From positions 480,001 to 512,000 of the forward strand of contig NC_007517.1 in the NCBI RefSeq assembly GCF_000012925.1: DNA of 32,000 nt, read 5' to 3'. The translations under genes and the position numbers were made by a program. Below, one piece after another: positions 25,594 through 32,000 of this stretch (its first letter is position 1; each line of letters starts with the position of its first letter). This DNA is from Geobacter metallireducens GS-15. Its GTDB lineage: Bacteria; Desulfobacterota; Desulfuromonadia; Geobacterales; Geobacteraceae. The notes beneath the pieces are model-generated. The model searched no databases, had not been told where the DNA came from, and saw nothing but the letters and a program-made list of their open reading frames with translations.

Positions 25594-26790
25594 TTATTTC
25601 GGCGCCGAAGGGGGGCATAGAAGCTCCTGGAGTGCTGTTATGACCCGGTCCTGGTCGATCTCGGCGAGGCCGGCATAGAGCGGCAGAGTGATCGCTTCCC
25701 GGTAATACTGCTCCGCTTGAGGGAAATCTCCTGCATCGAAACCGTTTGCGCGATAGTAGGGTTGGATATGCACAGGGATGTAATGAACATTAACCAGGAT
25801 GCCACGCTGCCGGAGAGCCTCGAACACCTCTTTCCGCCCCTTGTGTCCGCTGCCGGGCTCTCCAGCCTGGAGGCGAATGACATACAGGTGAAAAGCGGAG
25901 TAGCTATCGGGATGCTGGAACGGCAGAACAAACGGGTCATCGCGAAGTGCCTCGTCATACCGCTTCGCCAGGTGGTGCCGTCTCTCCACGAACTCATCCA
26001 GCCGCGTCATTTGGCTCACCCCCAGGGCCGCCTGGATGTCGGTCATCCGGTAGTTGAACCCAAGTTCGATTTGCTCGTAGTACCAGGGGCCGTGGGATTC
26101 TCCCGCCATGAGGGCCGGGTCGCGGGTGATGCCGTGGCTGCGGAGCCGGACCAGCCGCTCGTGCAGTTCCGCGCTGTTAGTCAGGACCATCCCCCCTTCG
26201 CCAGTGGTGATGATCTTGACGGGGTGGAAGCTGAAGACCGTCATGGCGGAATGGCGGCAATTGCCGACCGGTTCACTCTTGTACCGTCCGCCGATGGCGT
26301 GGGAGGCATCCTCGATGACGGTGAAACCGTACCGCCCGGCAAGGCGGCCGATGGCCTCCATGTCGCACGACTGCCCCGCGAAATGGACCGGGATCACCAC
26401 CTTCGGCAGCTTCCCCTCCCGTGCGGCCCGCTCCAGCTTCTCCTCCAGCCGTTCGGCGCTCATGTTGTAGGTGCGGGGATCGATGTCCACGAAGTCCACG
26501 GTGGCGCCGCAGTAGAGCCCGCAGTTGGCGGAGGCCACAAAGGTGTTGGGGGAGGTCCAGAGGATGTCGCCGGGACCGAGCCCCGCCGCGAGGCAAGCCA
26601 TGTGGAGGGCCGAGGTGGCACTGTTCACTGCCACGCCATGGGCGGTGCCGCAGTAGCCGGCCACGGTCTGCTCGAAGCGCTCCACTGTGGGGCCTTGGGT
26701 GAGCCAGTCGGAATTGAGAACGTCGACGACGGCCTGGATGTCGGCGGGACTGATGCTCTGGCGGCCGTAGGGAATCGGAGCGCTTCTCAT
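25594..26790 (-). CDS. pseC: UDP-4-amino-4,6-dideoxy-N-acetyl-beta-L-altrosamine transaminase (DegT/DnrJ/EryC1 family)
   Basis: 398 aa with IPYGRQSISPADIQAVVDVLNSDWLTQGPTVERFE...NSATSALHMACLAAGLGPGD...FSFHPVKIITTGEGGMV (PLP lysine context). It pairs with pseB through a 4-nt overlap. Confidence 0.9.
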   Translation of the reverse strand: MRSAPIPYGRQSISPADIQAVVDVLNSDWLTQGPTVERFEQTVAGYCGTAHGVAVNSATSALHMACLAAGLGPGDILWTSPNTFVASANCGLYCGATVDFVDIDPRTYNMSAERLEEKLERAAREGKLPKVVIPVHFAGQSCDMEAIGRLAGRYGFTVIEDASHAIGGRYKSEPVGNCRHSAMTVFSFHPVKIITTGEGGMVLTNSAELHERLVRLRSHGITRDPALMAGESHGPWYYEQIELGFNYRMTDIQAALGVSQMTRLDEFVERRHHLAKRYDEALRDDPFVLPFQHPDSYSAFHLYVIRLQAGEPGSGHKGRKEVFEALRQRGILVNVHYIPVHIQPYYRANGFDAGDFPQAEQYYREAITLPLYAGLAEIDQDRVITALQELLCPPSAPK

Positions 26791-27815
26791 GCGAAATCGT
26801 CCTTGCGGCGGTTGATGTCAGGGTTGAGGTGGGTGTAGATCAACTCCCTCAGCTGCTCGACGCTGAGCCAGTCGCTGTTGGTGCCGCTGTTGTAGGCGAA
26901 CCCGTCGGCGCAGTGACGCCCGCCGAAATGATTCGTGAACTGCTCGGTATTCCACAACGCCATGGAGGGGAGAATGACAAAGTAGTCCTTGAACTCAATG
27001 GTGTTCAGGGCATCGGTGGTGGTGATCATCTCCTCGTGCAGCTTTTCCCCCGGCCTGATGCCGACGATCTCGATCCGGCAACCGGAGTCGACGGCCTTGG
27101 CCACGTCCAGGATCCGGTAGCTCGGGATTTTGGGGACGAAAATTTCCCCTCCCCACATGATGTCCAGGGCCTTGAGCACCAGTTTGACCCCGTCTTCAAG
27201 GGTGATGTTGAAGCGGGTCATCCGTTCGTCGGTGACGGGCAGCACCCCTTCGCGTTTCCTCTTCAGGAAAAAGGGGATGACGCTTCCCCTGCTTCCCATT
27301 ACGTTGCCGTACCGGACCACCGAGAATTTGATCTCGTTTTTCCCCCGGAAATTGTTGGCCGCCACAAAAAGTTTATCGGAGCAGAGCTTAGTTGCACCGT
27401 AGAGGTTGATGGGGGCGGCGGCCTTATCGGTGCTCAGCGCTACAACCTTCGTTACTCCCTGCTCAAGTGCTGTTTCGATGATGTTCTGGGCGCCGAGAAT
27501 GTTGGTCTTGATGGCCTCGAAGGGGTTGTATTCGCAGGCGGGCACCTGCTTAAGGGCTGCGGCGTGGACAACGATGTCGATCCCCTCGAAGGCCCGATAG
27601 AGACGATCCTTGTCGCGGACATCGCCGATGAAGTAGCGTATCTGACGGTACCTGTCGGGCGGAAACTGCTGTGCCATCTCGAACTGCTTCAGCTCGTCCC
27701 GGGAGAAGACCACGATCCGCTTTACCTCGGGGTACGAGGTGAGGATTGTCTCGATGAATTTCTTGCCGAATGATCCGGTGCCCCCGGTAACGAGAATGGA
27801 TTTTCCTGTAAGCAT
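26787..27815 (-). CDS. pseB: UDP-N-acetylglucosamine 4,6-dehydratase (inverting), FlaA1/PseB type
   Basis: 342 aa with KSILVTGGTGSFGKKFIETIL...VFSRDELKQFEM...FIGDVRDKDRLYRAFEGIDIVVHAAALKQVPACEYNPFEAIKTNILGAQN...YGATKLCSDKLF. Confidence 0.9.
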   Translation of the reverse strand: MLTGKSILVTGGTGSFGKKFIETILTSYPEVKRIVVFSRDELKQFEMAQQFPPDRYRQIRYFIGDVRDKDRLYRAFEGIDIVVHAAALKQVPACEYNPFEAIKTNILGAQNIIETALEQGVTKVVALSTDKAAAPINLYGATKLCSDKLFVAANNFRGKNEIKFSVVRYGNVMGSRGSVIPFFLKRKREGVLPVTDERMTRFNITLEDGVKLVLKALDIMWGGEIFVPKIPSYRILDVAKAVDSGCRIEIVGIRPGEKLHEEMITTTDALNTIEFKDYFVILPSMALWNTEQFTNHFGGRHCADGFAYNSGTNSDWLSVEQLRELIYTHLNPDINRRKDDFA

Positions 27816-27878
27816 GTCCGCTCCGTTGGTTGCTGTAATCGTGTGGGAGATACGCTGTGTTGGGTTGTTGTGGGGTCT

Positions 27879-27894
27879 TGCAAGTACGGTGCCG
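27879..27894 (-). promoter_or_regulatory. Candidate sigma-54 promoter of the pseB...maf operon
   Basis: The minus strand reads CGGCACCGTACTTGCA, with GG-N10-GC spacing and 15/16 match to TGGCAC-N5-TTGCA. It lies about 65 nt upstream of the pseB ATG. Confidence 0.65.
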
Positions 27895-27909
27895 GTAGTG
27901 GTGTGTCAA

Positions 27910-27956
27910 AATAACAGAAACGAGGCGGTGTTGTCGCTGGAAAACCGTCTGTTATT
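27910..27956. promoter_or_regulatory. Inverted repeat aataacaga-N29-tctgttatt upstream of the pse sigma-54 promoter (possible activator or IHF site)
   Basis: Perfect 9-bp arms at 27910-27918 and 27948-27956, extendable by cg/cg across a 2-nt bulge. No binding-protein identity can be assigned. Confidence 0.3.
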
Positions 27957-28087
27957 GAGGGGATTTTGTGTTGGAAATCTGCCGCGATTTCAATGAAAAA
28001 CGACGGATGACTGAATTTTGACTCTCGATGGGGGTGCGGAGTGGTCAAGGATTAGTATCTCTTGACACGGGGGGGCAAGTATGGAAC

Positions 28088-28114
28088 TAAAGAAATGTCG
28101 CATGATGCCGATAA
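28088..28114 (+). promoter_or_regulatory. Sigma-28 (FliA) promoter of the PilZ/YcgR-like gene
   Basis: TAAA (28088-28091), a 15-nt spacer, then GCCGATAA (28107-28114). This is a perfect consensus match. Confidence 0.85.
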
Positions 28115-28185
28115 AATACAGTATGCTATGAATCCGGTGCCCCGGATTGCTGCTCATTTACATTTTCCTTGAGGATTCCCTGTAG

Positions 28186-28965
28186 ATGTCGACGGAATAC
28201 AGCAATTACTTTGAAGAGCTCCAGAAGATCAATGTTGCCGTCCGTCTCGGTGGAGGCGGATCATTCGACGGTACTGCCGCCATCACTTCCCTCAAGGGGG
28301 ACCTCGCCTGGCTCGAACTGTACGGCAATGAACAGCCGCCGCGGGGAGCGGTGCAGGTGGGGGCCGAGACATGGGTGTCGGTCTGGACCGGCGGAGCCCT
28401 GTGCCGCTGTGACGCCAAGGTCGAGACGGTCCGTGATGACCGTCAGTTTTCCATCCGGCTGGTTGGTGAGGTCAAGGAGACCCAGCGGCGCGAGTACTTC
28501 CGGCTTGACGTGTCGCTTCCGGTACTCTACAAGGTGCTCGATACTGTTGCCCCCGAGGATGCGGAGGCCGACTGGAACTCGGACCGGAAGGTATTCTGCC
28601 GTCCCCCCGAGATGGTGCCCACCAGTGACGGCCCAAAGGTCGTTGACTGGGACGGCGAGGACGTTGTTCCGGTGAGGACTAACCTGAGTGGCGGGGGGAT
28701 GCGTTTGCGGGTTTCCCGTCTGGTGGAATCGGGGACCCTCGTGAAGCTGACCCTCTTTCTGCCGCTTCCTCAGCCCCGCGTCATCTATGTGGTCGCCGAG
28801 GCGCTCCGCTGCCAGGAGATAACCCTGAGCCGGGAGCCGGGCCAGCACTACTCCATGTCACTCAAGTTCGTCATGATTGTTGACCGGGACCGGGAGGCGA
28901 TTATCTCCTACCTCTTCAATGAGCAGCGGCGCGAGCTCATGGCAAAGAACGAGCGGGTTCGATAA
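28186..28965 (+). CDS. PilZ-domain c-di-GMP receptor, YcgR-like flagellar brake candidate
   Basis: 259 aa. QRREYFRLDV (RxxxR motif) and NLSGGGMRL (D/NxSxxG motif) define a PilZ domain after an N-terminal YcgR-N-like region. It sits next to motAB under a sigma-28 promoter. Confidence 0.8.
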   Translation: MSTEYSNYFEELQKINVAVRLGGGGSFDGTAAITSLKGDLAWLELYGNEQPPRGAVQVGAETWVSVWTGGALCRCDAKVETVRDDRQFSIRLVGEVKETQRREYFRLDVSLPVLYKVLDTVAPEDAEADWNSDRKVFCRPPEMVPTSDGPKVVDWDGEDVVPVRTNLSGGGMRLRVSRLVESGTLVKLTLFLPLPQPRVIYVVAEALRCQEITLSREPGQHYSMSLKFVMIVDRDREAIISYLFNEQRRELMAKNERVR

Positions 28966-28990
28966 TAAACGGGCAGTCGGCGTCGTTTGC

Positions 28991-29034
28991 ACGCAAAAAG
29001 GGCCGGGAAGAAATCTCCCCGGCCCTTTTTGCGT
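28991..29034. terminator. Bidirectional intrinsic terminator between the pilZ gene (+) and motB (-)
   Basis: acgcaaaaagggccggg-gaagaaatctc-cccggccctttttgcgt has perfect 17-nt arms with T/A runs on both sides. Confidence 0.85.
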
Positions 29035-29049
29035 GCGTATCCGCAGCCG

Positions 29050-29853
29050 TTACGGTTTTTGCGTCGTTTCCGGCTCCGCTTTTTCCCCTTCGCCCGAGAG
29101 GAGCACGATGTCGACCCGGCGGTTTTTTGACCGCCCTTCGGCGGTGGCGTTGTCGGCAATGGGGCGATATTCGCCGAAGCCGGCGGCCGAGATGGCGGAC
29201 GGCTGGAAATCGTAGGATTTGGTCAGGAAGTGGACGATGTTGGTGGCCCGCGCCGTGGAGAGCTCCCAGTTGGAGGGGAAGAGGGGAGAACTGATGGGCA
29301 TGGTGTCGGTGTGCCCTTCAACTCTGACCGCATTGGAATAGCCGGCCAATGATTCCGCCACCTTGGCGAGCAGGGGATAGGCGCTCTCGCGCACGATGGC
29401 GCTTCCCGAATCGAAGAATCCCGCCTCCTTGAGGCTCACCACGAGTCCCCTCTGGGTGATCCCCACGCTGACCTTGGCCTGGGCCCCCTGCTTGACCAGG
29501 TAGGCCTCCATGGCTGCCTTGATGGCCCGAAAATCCTTTTCTTCCGCCCGTGCCCTCCCCCCCATCTTCTGTCCCTGGCTCCGTCCCTTGTTGATGAGGT
29601 CGGGGGTGATGGTGGGGATGATCCGCATGTCGGTGGAGTCGATCACCACCGGTTTGGCCGCGGAGCCTTGGATAGTGGTGAAGCCGAAGGATTCCCGCAG
29701 GGACATCATGACCTGTTCCACCTTCTTCTTGTCCGATTGTCCCATGGCATAGAGTGCTACGAACACGGCAAAGAGAAGGGTGAGAAAGTCGCCGTAGGAG
29801 ACGAGCCACCGTTCGTGGTTAACGTGTTTTTCTTCTTTCTTCGGCTTTGCCAT
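29050..29853 (-). CDS. motB: Flagellar stator protein MotB (OmpA-like peptidoglycan-binding C-terminus)
   Basis: HERWLVSYGDFLTLLFAVFVALYAM is the TM segment with the conserved Asp. The C-terminal OmpA domain has VRVEGHTDTMPI...NWELSTARATNIVHFL...NRRVDIV. Confidence 0.9.
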   Translation of the reverse strand: MAKPKKEEKHVNHERWLVSYGDFLTLLFAVFVALYAMGQSDKKKVEQVMMSLRESFGFTTIQGSAAKPVVIDSTDMRIIPTITPDLINKGRSQGQKMGGRARAEEKDFRAIKAAMEAYLVKQGAQAKVSVGITQRGLVVSLKEAGFFDSGSAIVRESAYPLLAKVAESLAGYSNAVRVEGHTDTMPISSPLFPSNWELSTARATNIVHFLTKSYDFQPSAISAAGFGEYRPIADNATAEGRSKNRRVDIVLLSGEGEKAEPETTQKP

Positions 29854-29859
29854 GGGCGA

Positions 29860-30624
29860 TTATTTCCCTTTCTTCTCGTCGCCTTCCTGAATGAAGGCCT
29901 TCAGCTTCTGCTCGATGAAGTGGGGGTTTTCGCCGTTCTGGATGGCGATGAGCCCTTCGATGATCATGTTCTTGCAGATAAGTTCTTCCTTGATGCCGTG
30001 CTTGATCTTGGTGCCGAAGGGGAGACAGACGATGTTGGCGGTCATGAGGCCGTAGATGGTGGCAACGAAGGCAACGGCGATGCCGGCACCCAGCTTGGAG
30101 GAGTCCGACAGGTTCGCCATGACGTGGATGAGACCGAGGACGGCGCCGATGATACCGATGGTGGGTGCATAGCCGCCGGCCGCCTCGAAGAACTCGGCAC
30201 TCTGCTTGGAGTGCTCCTCGTAGTAGGCGATCTCGATCTCCAGGGTTTCCCGCAGTTTCTGGGGGTCGATGCCGTCTACCACCAGGGAGATTCCCTTCTT
30301 GGTGAAGGCGTCCTTGACGTTCTGGGCCTCCTGCTCCAGGGAGATGAGGCCGTTACGCCGGGCCTTGGCCGCGTAGCCGATGATCTCCTTGATGACCTTC
30401 TCGGGGTCGTGCTGGGCAGGAAAGAGGACTTTCCTGATGTCCTTGACCGCCCCGATAATGGTCTTCATCGGATAGCTGACGAAGGCGGCTCCGAAGGTGC
30501 CGCCAAGTACGATGAGTGCTGCAGTCGGCTGGATGAGGGCGCCCAAGTGCAGCCCCTCTATCAGTGCGCCTCCGATCACGGCCCCGAAGCCCATTACCAA
30601 ACCGATGATTGTCGCGATATCCAT
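29860..30624 (-). CDS. motA: Flagellar stator protein MotA
   Basis: 254 aa with MDIATIIGLVMGFGAVIGG..., ...APTIGIIGAVLGLIHVM... and ...AFVATIYGLMTANIVCLPFG. This is the MotA/TolQ/ExbB channel signature. Confidence 0.9.
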   Translation of the reverse strand: MDIATIIGLVMGFGAVIGGALIEGLHLGALIQPTAALIVLGGTFGAAFVSYPMKTIIGAVKDIRKVLFPAQHDPEKVIKEIIGYAAKARRNGLISLEQEAQNVKDAFTKKGISLVVDGIDPQKLRETLEIEIAYYEEHSKQSAEFFEAAGGYAPTIGIIGAVLGLIHVMANLSDSSKLGAGIAVAFVATIYGLMTANIVCLPFGTKIKHGIKEELICKNMIIEGLIAIQNGENPHFIEQKLKAFIQEGDEKKGK

Positions 30625-30675
30625 GCGTTAGTGGTCCCGTAAGAAAAGTAATTGAAGTGTAGGGTTGTGCAAGAT

Positions 30676-30939
30676 TCAGTCCTCAAGGGGGCAGCAGAGA
30701 CGGTAGATCGTCATCTTCTTGCGGAAAAGGTATTTTTTTGCTTTGCCCGGATTGGCCCGATGGAGGACGAGCGCCTTGAACGTGACGATCTTGTCGACGA
30801 TTGCGGGAGCCTTCTCCAGCACGAGATACTTCTTGCCGTTGACAAGGGTGATGTGGGTGTCCGGAGTCTCTTCAACGGCTTCAATCAGGTCGGGATTTAC
30901 CAGGAATTCGCTTCCATCGAGGCGTGTCAGCTTGATCAT
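30676..30939 (-). CDS. flbD: Flagellar protein FlbD
   Basis: MIKLTRLDGSEFLVNPDLIEAVEETPDTHITLVNGKKYLVLEKAPAIVDKIVTF is a FlbD family signature. It lies upstream of motAB, as in many non-enteric loci. Confidence 0.85.
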   Translation of the reverse strand: MIKLTRLDGSEFLVNPDLIEAVEETPDTHITLVNGKKYLVLEKAPAIVDKIVTFKALVLHRANPGKAKKYLFRKKMTIYRLCCPLED

Positions 30940-31031
30940 GGGGCACCTTTTGTCGAGAAGGGATAGTGGCAGCTCTCTCTCTTCATTTCGGTTGCATTGC
31001 GAAATACTTTAGAGAAAGCCATATGTGGGGC

Positions 31032-31047
31032 AGCAACTGTCATGCCA
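31032..31047 (-). promoter_or_regulatory. Candidate sigma-54 promoter of flbD-motA-motB
   Basis: The minus strand reads TGGCATGACAGTTGCT, with GG-N10-GC spacing and 15/16 match to TGGCAC-N5-TTGCW. It lies about 90 nt upstream of the flbD ATG. Confidence 0.65.
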
Positions 31048-31141
31048 TACAGGGATTGATAAATATGCACAGTTTACCGGGTATTACATAAAAAATAACT
31101 ATTTTTCGGGAAGGTAGAGGATTTGAGCGGCAAAAAAATAT

Positions 31142-31168
31142 TCAAGATTTTGCCGGGCCGGCCGATAC
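31142..31168 (+). promoter_or_regulatory. Weaker sigma-28-like promoter of flaG
   Basis: TCAA (31142-31145), a 15-nt spacer, then GCCGATAC (31161-31168). That is 3/4 and 7/8 matches with correct spacing, about 38 nt upstream of the flaG ATG. Confidence 0.45.
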
Positions 31169-31205
31169 GGTTCATAAGGGATATCAGTTGTCAAGGAGGA
31201 GCCCC

Positions 31206-31580
31206 ATGAACGTGGAATTTTCCAATGTGGCCAGGGTAGTGCCGGGGGGAGCAACCGTGGCGGAGCCGCTTAAGCCTTCCCAGGCGGAAGAACGGAACAA
31301 GGAAGTTCCCGTCGAGCTGCCGAAAACGGCCCTGAAGGAGTTGTTGCCTGCTGAGCAGGAAGAGCGGGCTAAGGCGGCGGCCGACAGGATCAACGAATTC
31401 ATCGAGTCGTTCACCCGCGATCTTAAGTTCACTATCGACAAGGATTCCGAGAGGGTAGTGCTGAAGGTCGTTGACCGCAAGAGCGGCGACGTGATCAGGC
31501 AGATCCCGTCTGAAGAGGCTTTGAAAATAGCGAAGGCCCTTGATGAGCTCAAGGGGTTGATCATCAGAGAACAAGTGTAA
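31206..31580 (+). CDS. flaG: Flagellar protein FlaG
   Basis: DRINEFIESFTRDLKFTIDKDSERVVLKVVDRKSGDVIRQIPSEEALKIAKAL is a FlaG family signature. I use the ATG at 31206 behind RBS aaggagga; the track start is the TTG at 31188. Confidence 0.85.
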   Translation: MNVEFSNVARVVPGGATVAEPLKPSQAEERNKEVPVELPKTALKELLPAEQEERAKAAADRINEFIESFTRDLKFTIDKDSERVVLKVVDRKSGDVIRQIPSEEALKIAKALDELKGLIIREQV

Positions 31581-31724
31581 GATTCCAGACGCAGGGATTT
31601 GTTTTCTTGATGATTGCCGGTCTGAGGCGATGCTGCGTTCTGGTTGTCTGAAGTGTAACTTTGCGAAATGATTATGCTGAGGCAGCGGGCGGTTTTTTGT
31701 CTGACTTCATATATGTGTTTGCGT

Positions 31725-31751
31725 CAAAAAACCGCCTATGGCGGTTTTTTG
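31725..31751. terminator. Bidirectional intrinsic terminator between flaG (+) and the right-edge minus-strand gene
   Basis: caaaaaaccgcc-tat-ggcggttttttg forms a perfect 12-bp stem with T-runs in both reading directions. Confidence 0.75.
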
Positions 31752-31770
31752 TTGCCATTGACGATTAACA

Positions 31771-32000
31771 TCAATCGTTCAGGAAGAAACTCTTGTTCTC
31801 CTCGAAGGTTTCCTGGAACGTTGCCAATGCCTTTTCCGCTGTATCGGAAGTGAAGCCGAGGAGCATTGCCTCGGGTGCATTGGTCAGGTTCAGGTCGTCG
31901 TCGGCATCCCGGTCGCCGATCCCGAGTTTCTTGCAGAACTTGTTGGCCAGGCTCGCCGTGGCGGTGAGGAAGAGGTCGTACTGGTCGGTGATGGGGGCGC
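31771..32000 (-). CDS. Unknown protein, C-terminal 75 codons (5' end outside window)
   Basis: The minus-strand frame is open from the window edge to the TGA at 31771-31773. It reads ...APITDQYDLFLTATASLANKFCKKLGIGDRDADDDLNLTNAPEAMLLGFTSDTAEKALATFQETFEENKSFFLND. It is absent from the ORF track because no long Met-initiated segment lies in the window. I do not recognise a family. Confidence 0.55.
   Translation of the reverse strand, partial: APITDQYDLFLTATASLANKFCKKLGIGDRDADDDLNLTNAPEAMLLGFTSDTAEKALATFQETFEENKSFFLND

Noticed and set aside
27900-28185. Possible c-di-GMP (GEMM) riboswitch in the pilZ leader or other leaders (also 30940-31205 and 31581-31770)
   Set aside because: I found no GEMM-I/II core elements by eye, such as a GGACGCAAAGC-like segment or a tetraloop/receptor arrangement. 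Only a short generic hairpin is present.
21480-30642. Long plus-strand ORFs opposite pseF-pseG, pseC, pseB and motAB (21480-22601, 25717-26838, 26829-27773, 29668-30642)
   Set aside because: These are antisense shadows of confidently identified minus-strand genes. They have no motifs, biased composition, and no RBS or promoter context.

Overview
This window is a late-flagellar locus with a flagellin-glycosylation island embedded in it. The gene set, sigma-54/sigma-28 wiring and high-GC flanks suggest a Geobacter/Desulfuromonadales-like genome, but that is my inference, not a search result.

Plus strand, 1-10.7 kb: flgH (3' end), flgI, a rod-binding flgJ-like gene, flgM, flgN, flgK, flgL, csrA, fliW and fliC. 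A complete ISL3-family insertion sequence follows (imperfect 25-bp terminal inverted repeats, 8-bp target duplication). It sits exactly between the fliC terminator and the fliD promoter. Then come fliD, fliS and a small unknown ORF.

Minus strand, 10.8-27.8 kb: 13 tightly packed co-directional genes. The promoter-proximal genes form a pseudaminic-acid core: pseB, pseC, a pseF-pseG fusion and a short pseI-like NeuB enzyme. The rest are accessory genes: a CgeB-like glycosyltransferase fused to a methyltransferase, two Zn-ribbon methyltransferases, a UxaC-like uronate isomerase, an SDR, an ATP-grasp ligase, a GH57-like enzyme, and a Maf-type flagellin glycosyltransferase with a TPR tail.

28-32 kb: a YcgR-like PilZ protein, motB, motA, flbD, flaG, and the 3' end of an unknown minus-strand gene.

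Regulatory sites read by eye: three perfect TAAA-N15-GCCGATAA sigma-28 promoters (fliC, fliD, pilZ) and one weaker match (flaG). Three GG-N10-GC sigma-54 promoters lie upstream of flgJ-flgL, the pse operon and flbD-motAB. There are also several intrinsic or bidirectional terminators and CsrA-type GGA sites in the fliC leader.

No CRISPR array, tRNA, rRNA or recognisable defence genes are present. The most novel candidate is the accessory block Maf-TPR / GH57-like / ATP-grasp / SDR / UxaC-like / methyltransferases. It has a lower, mosaic GC content, is sigma-54 driven, and lacks any recognisable PseH. This suggests a non-canonical nonulosonate-derived flagellin glycan pathway.
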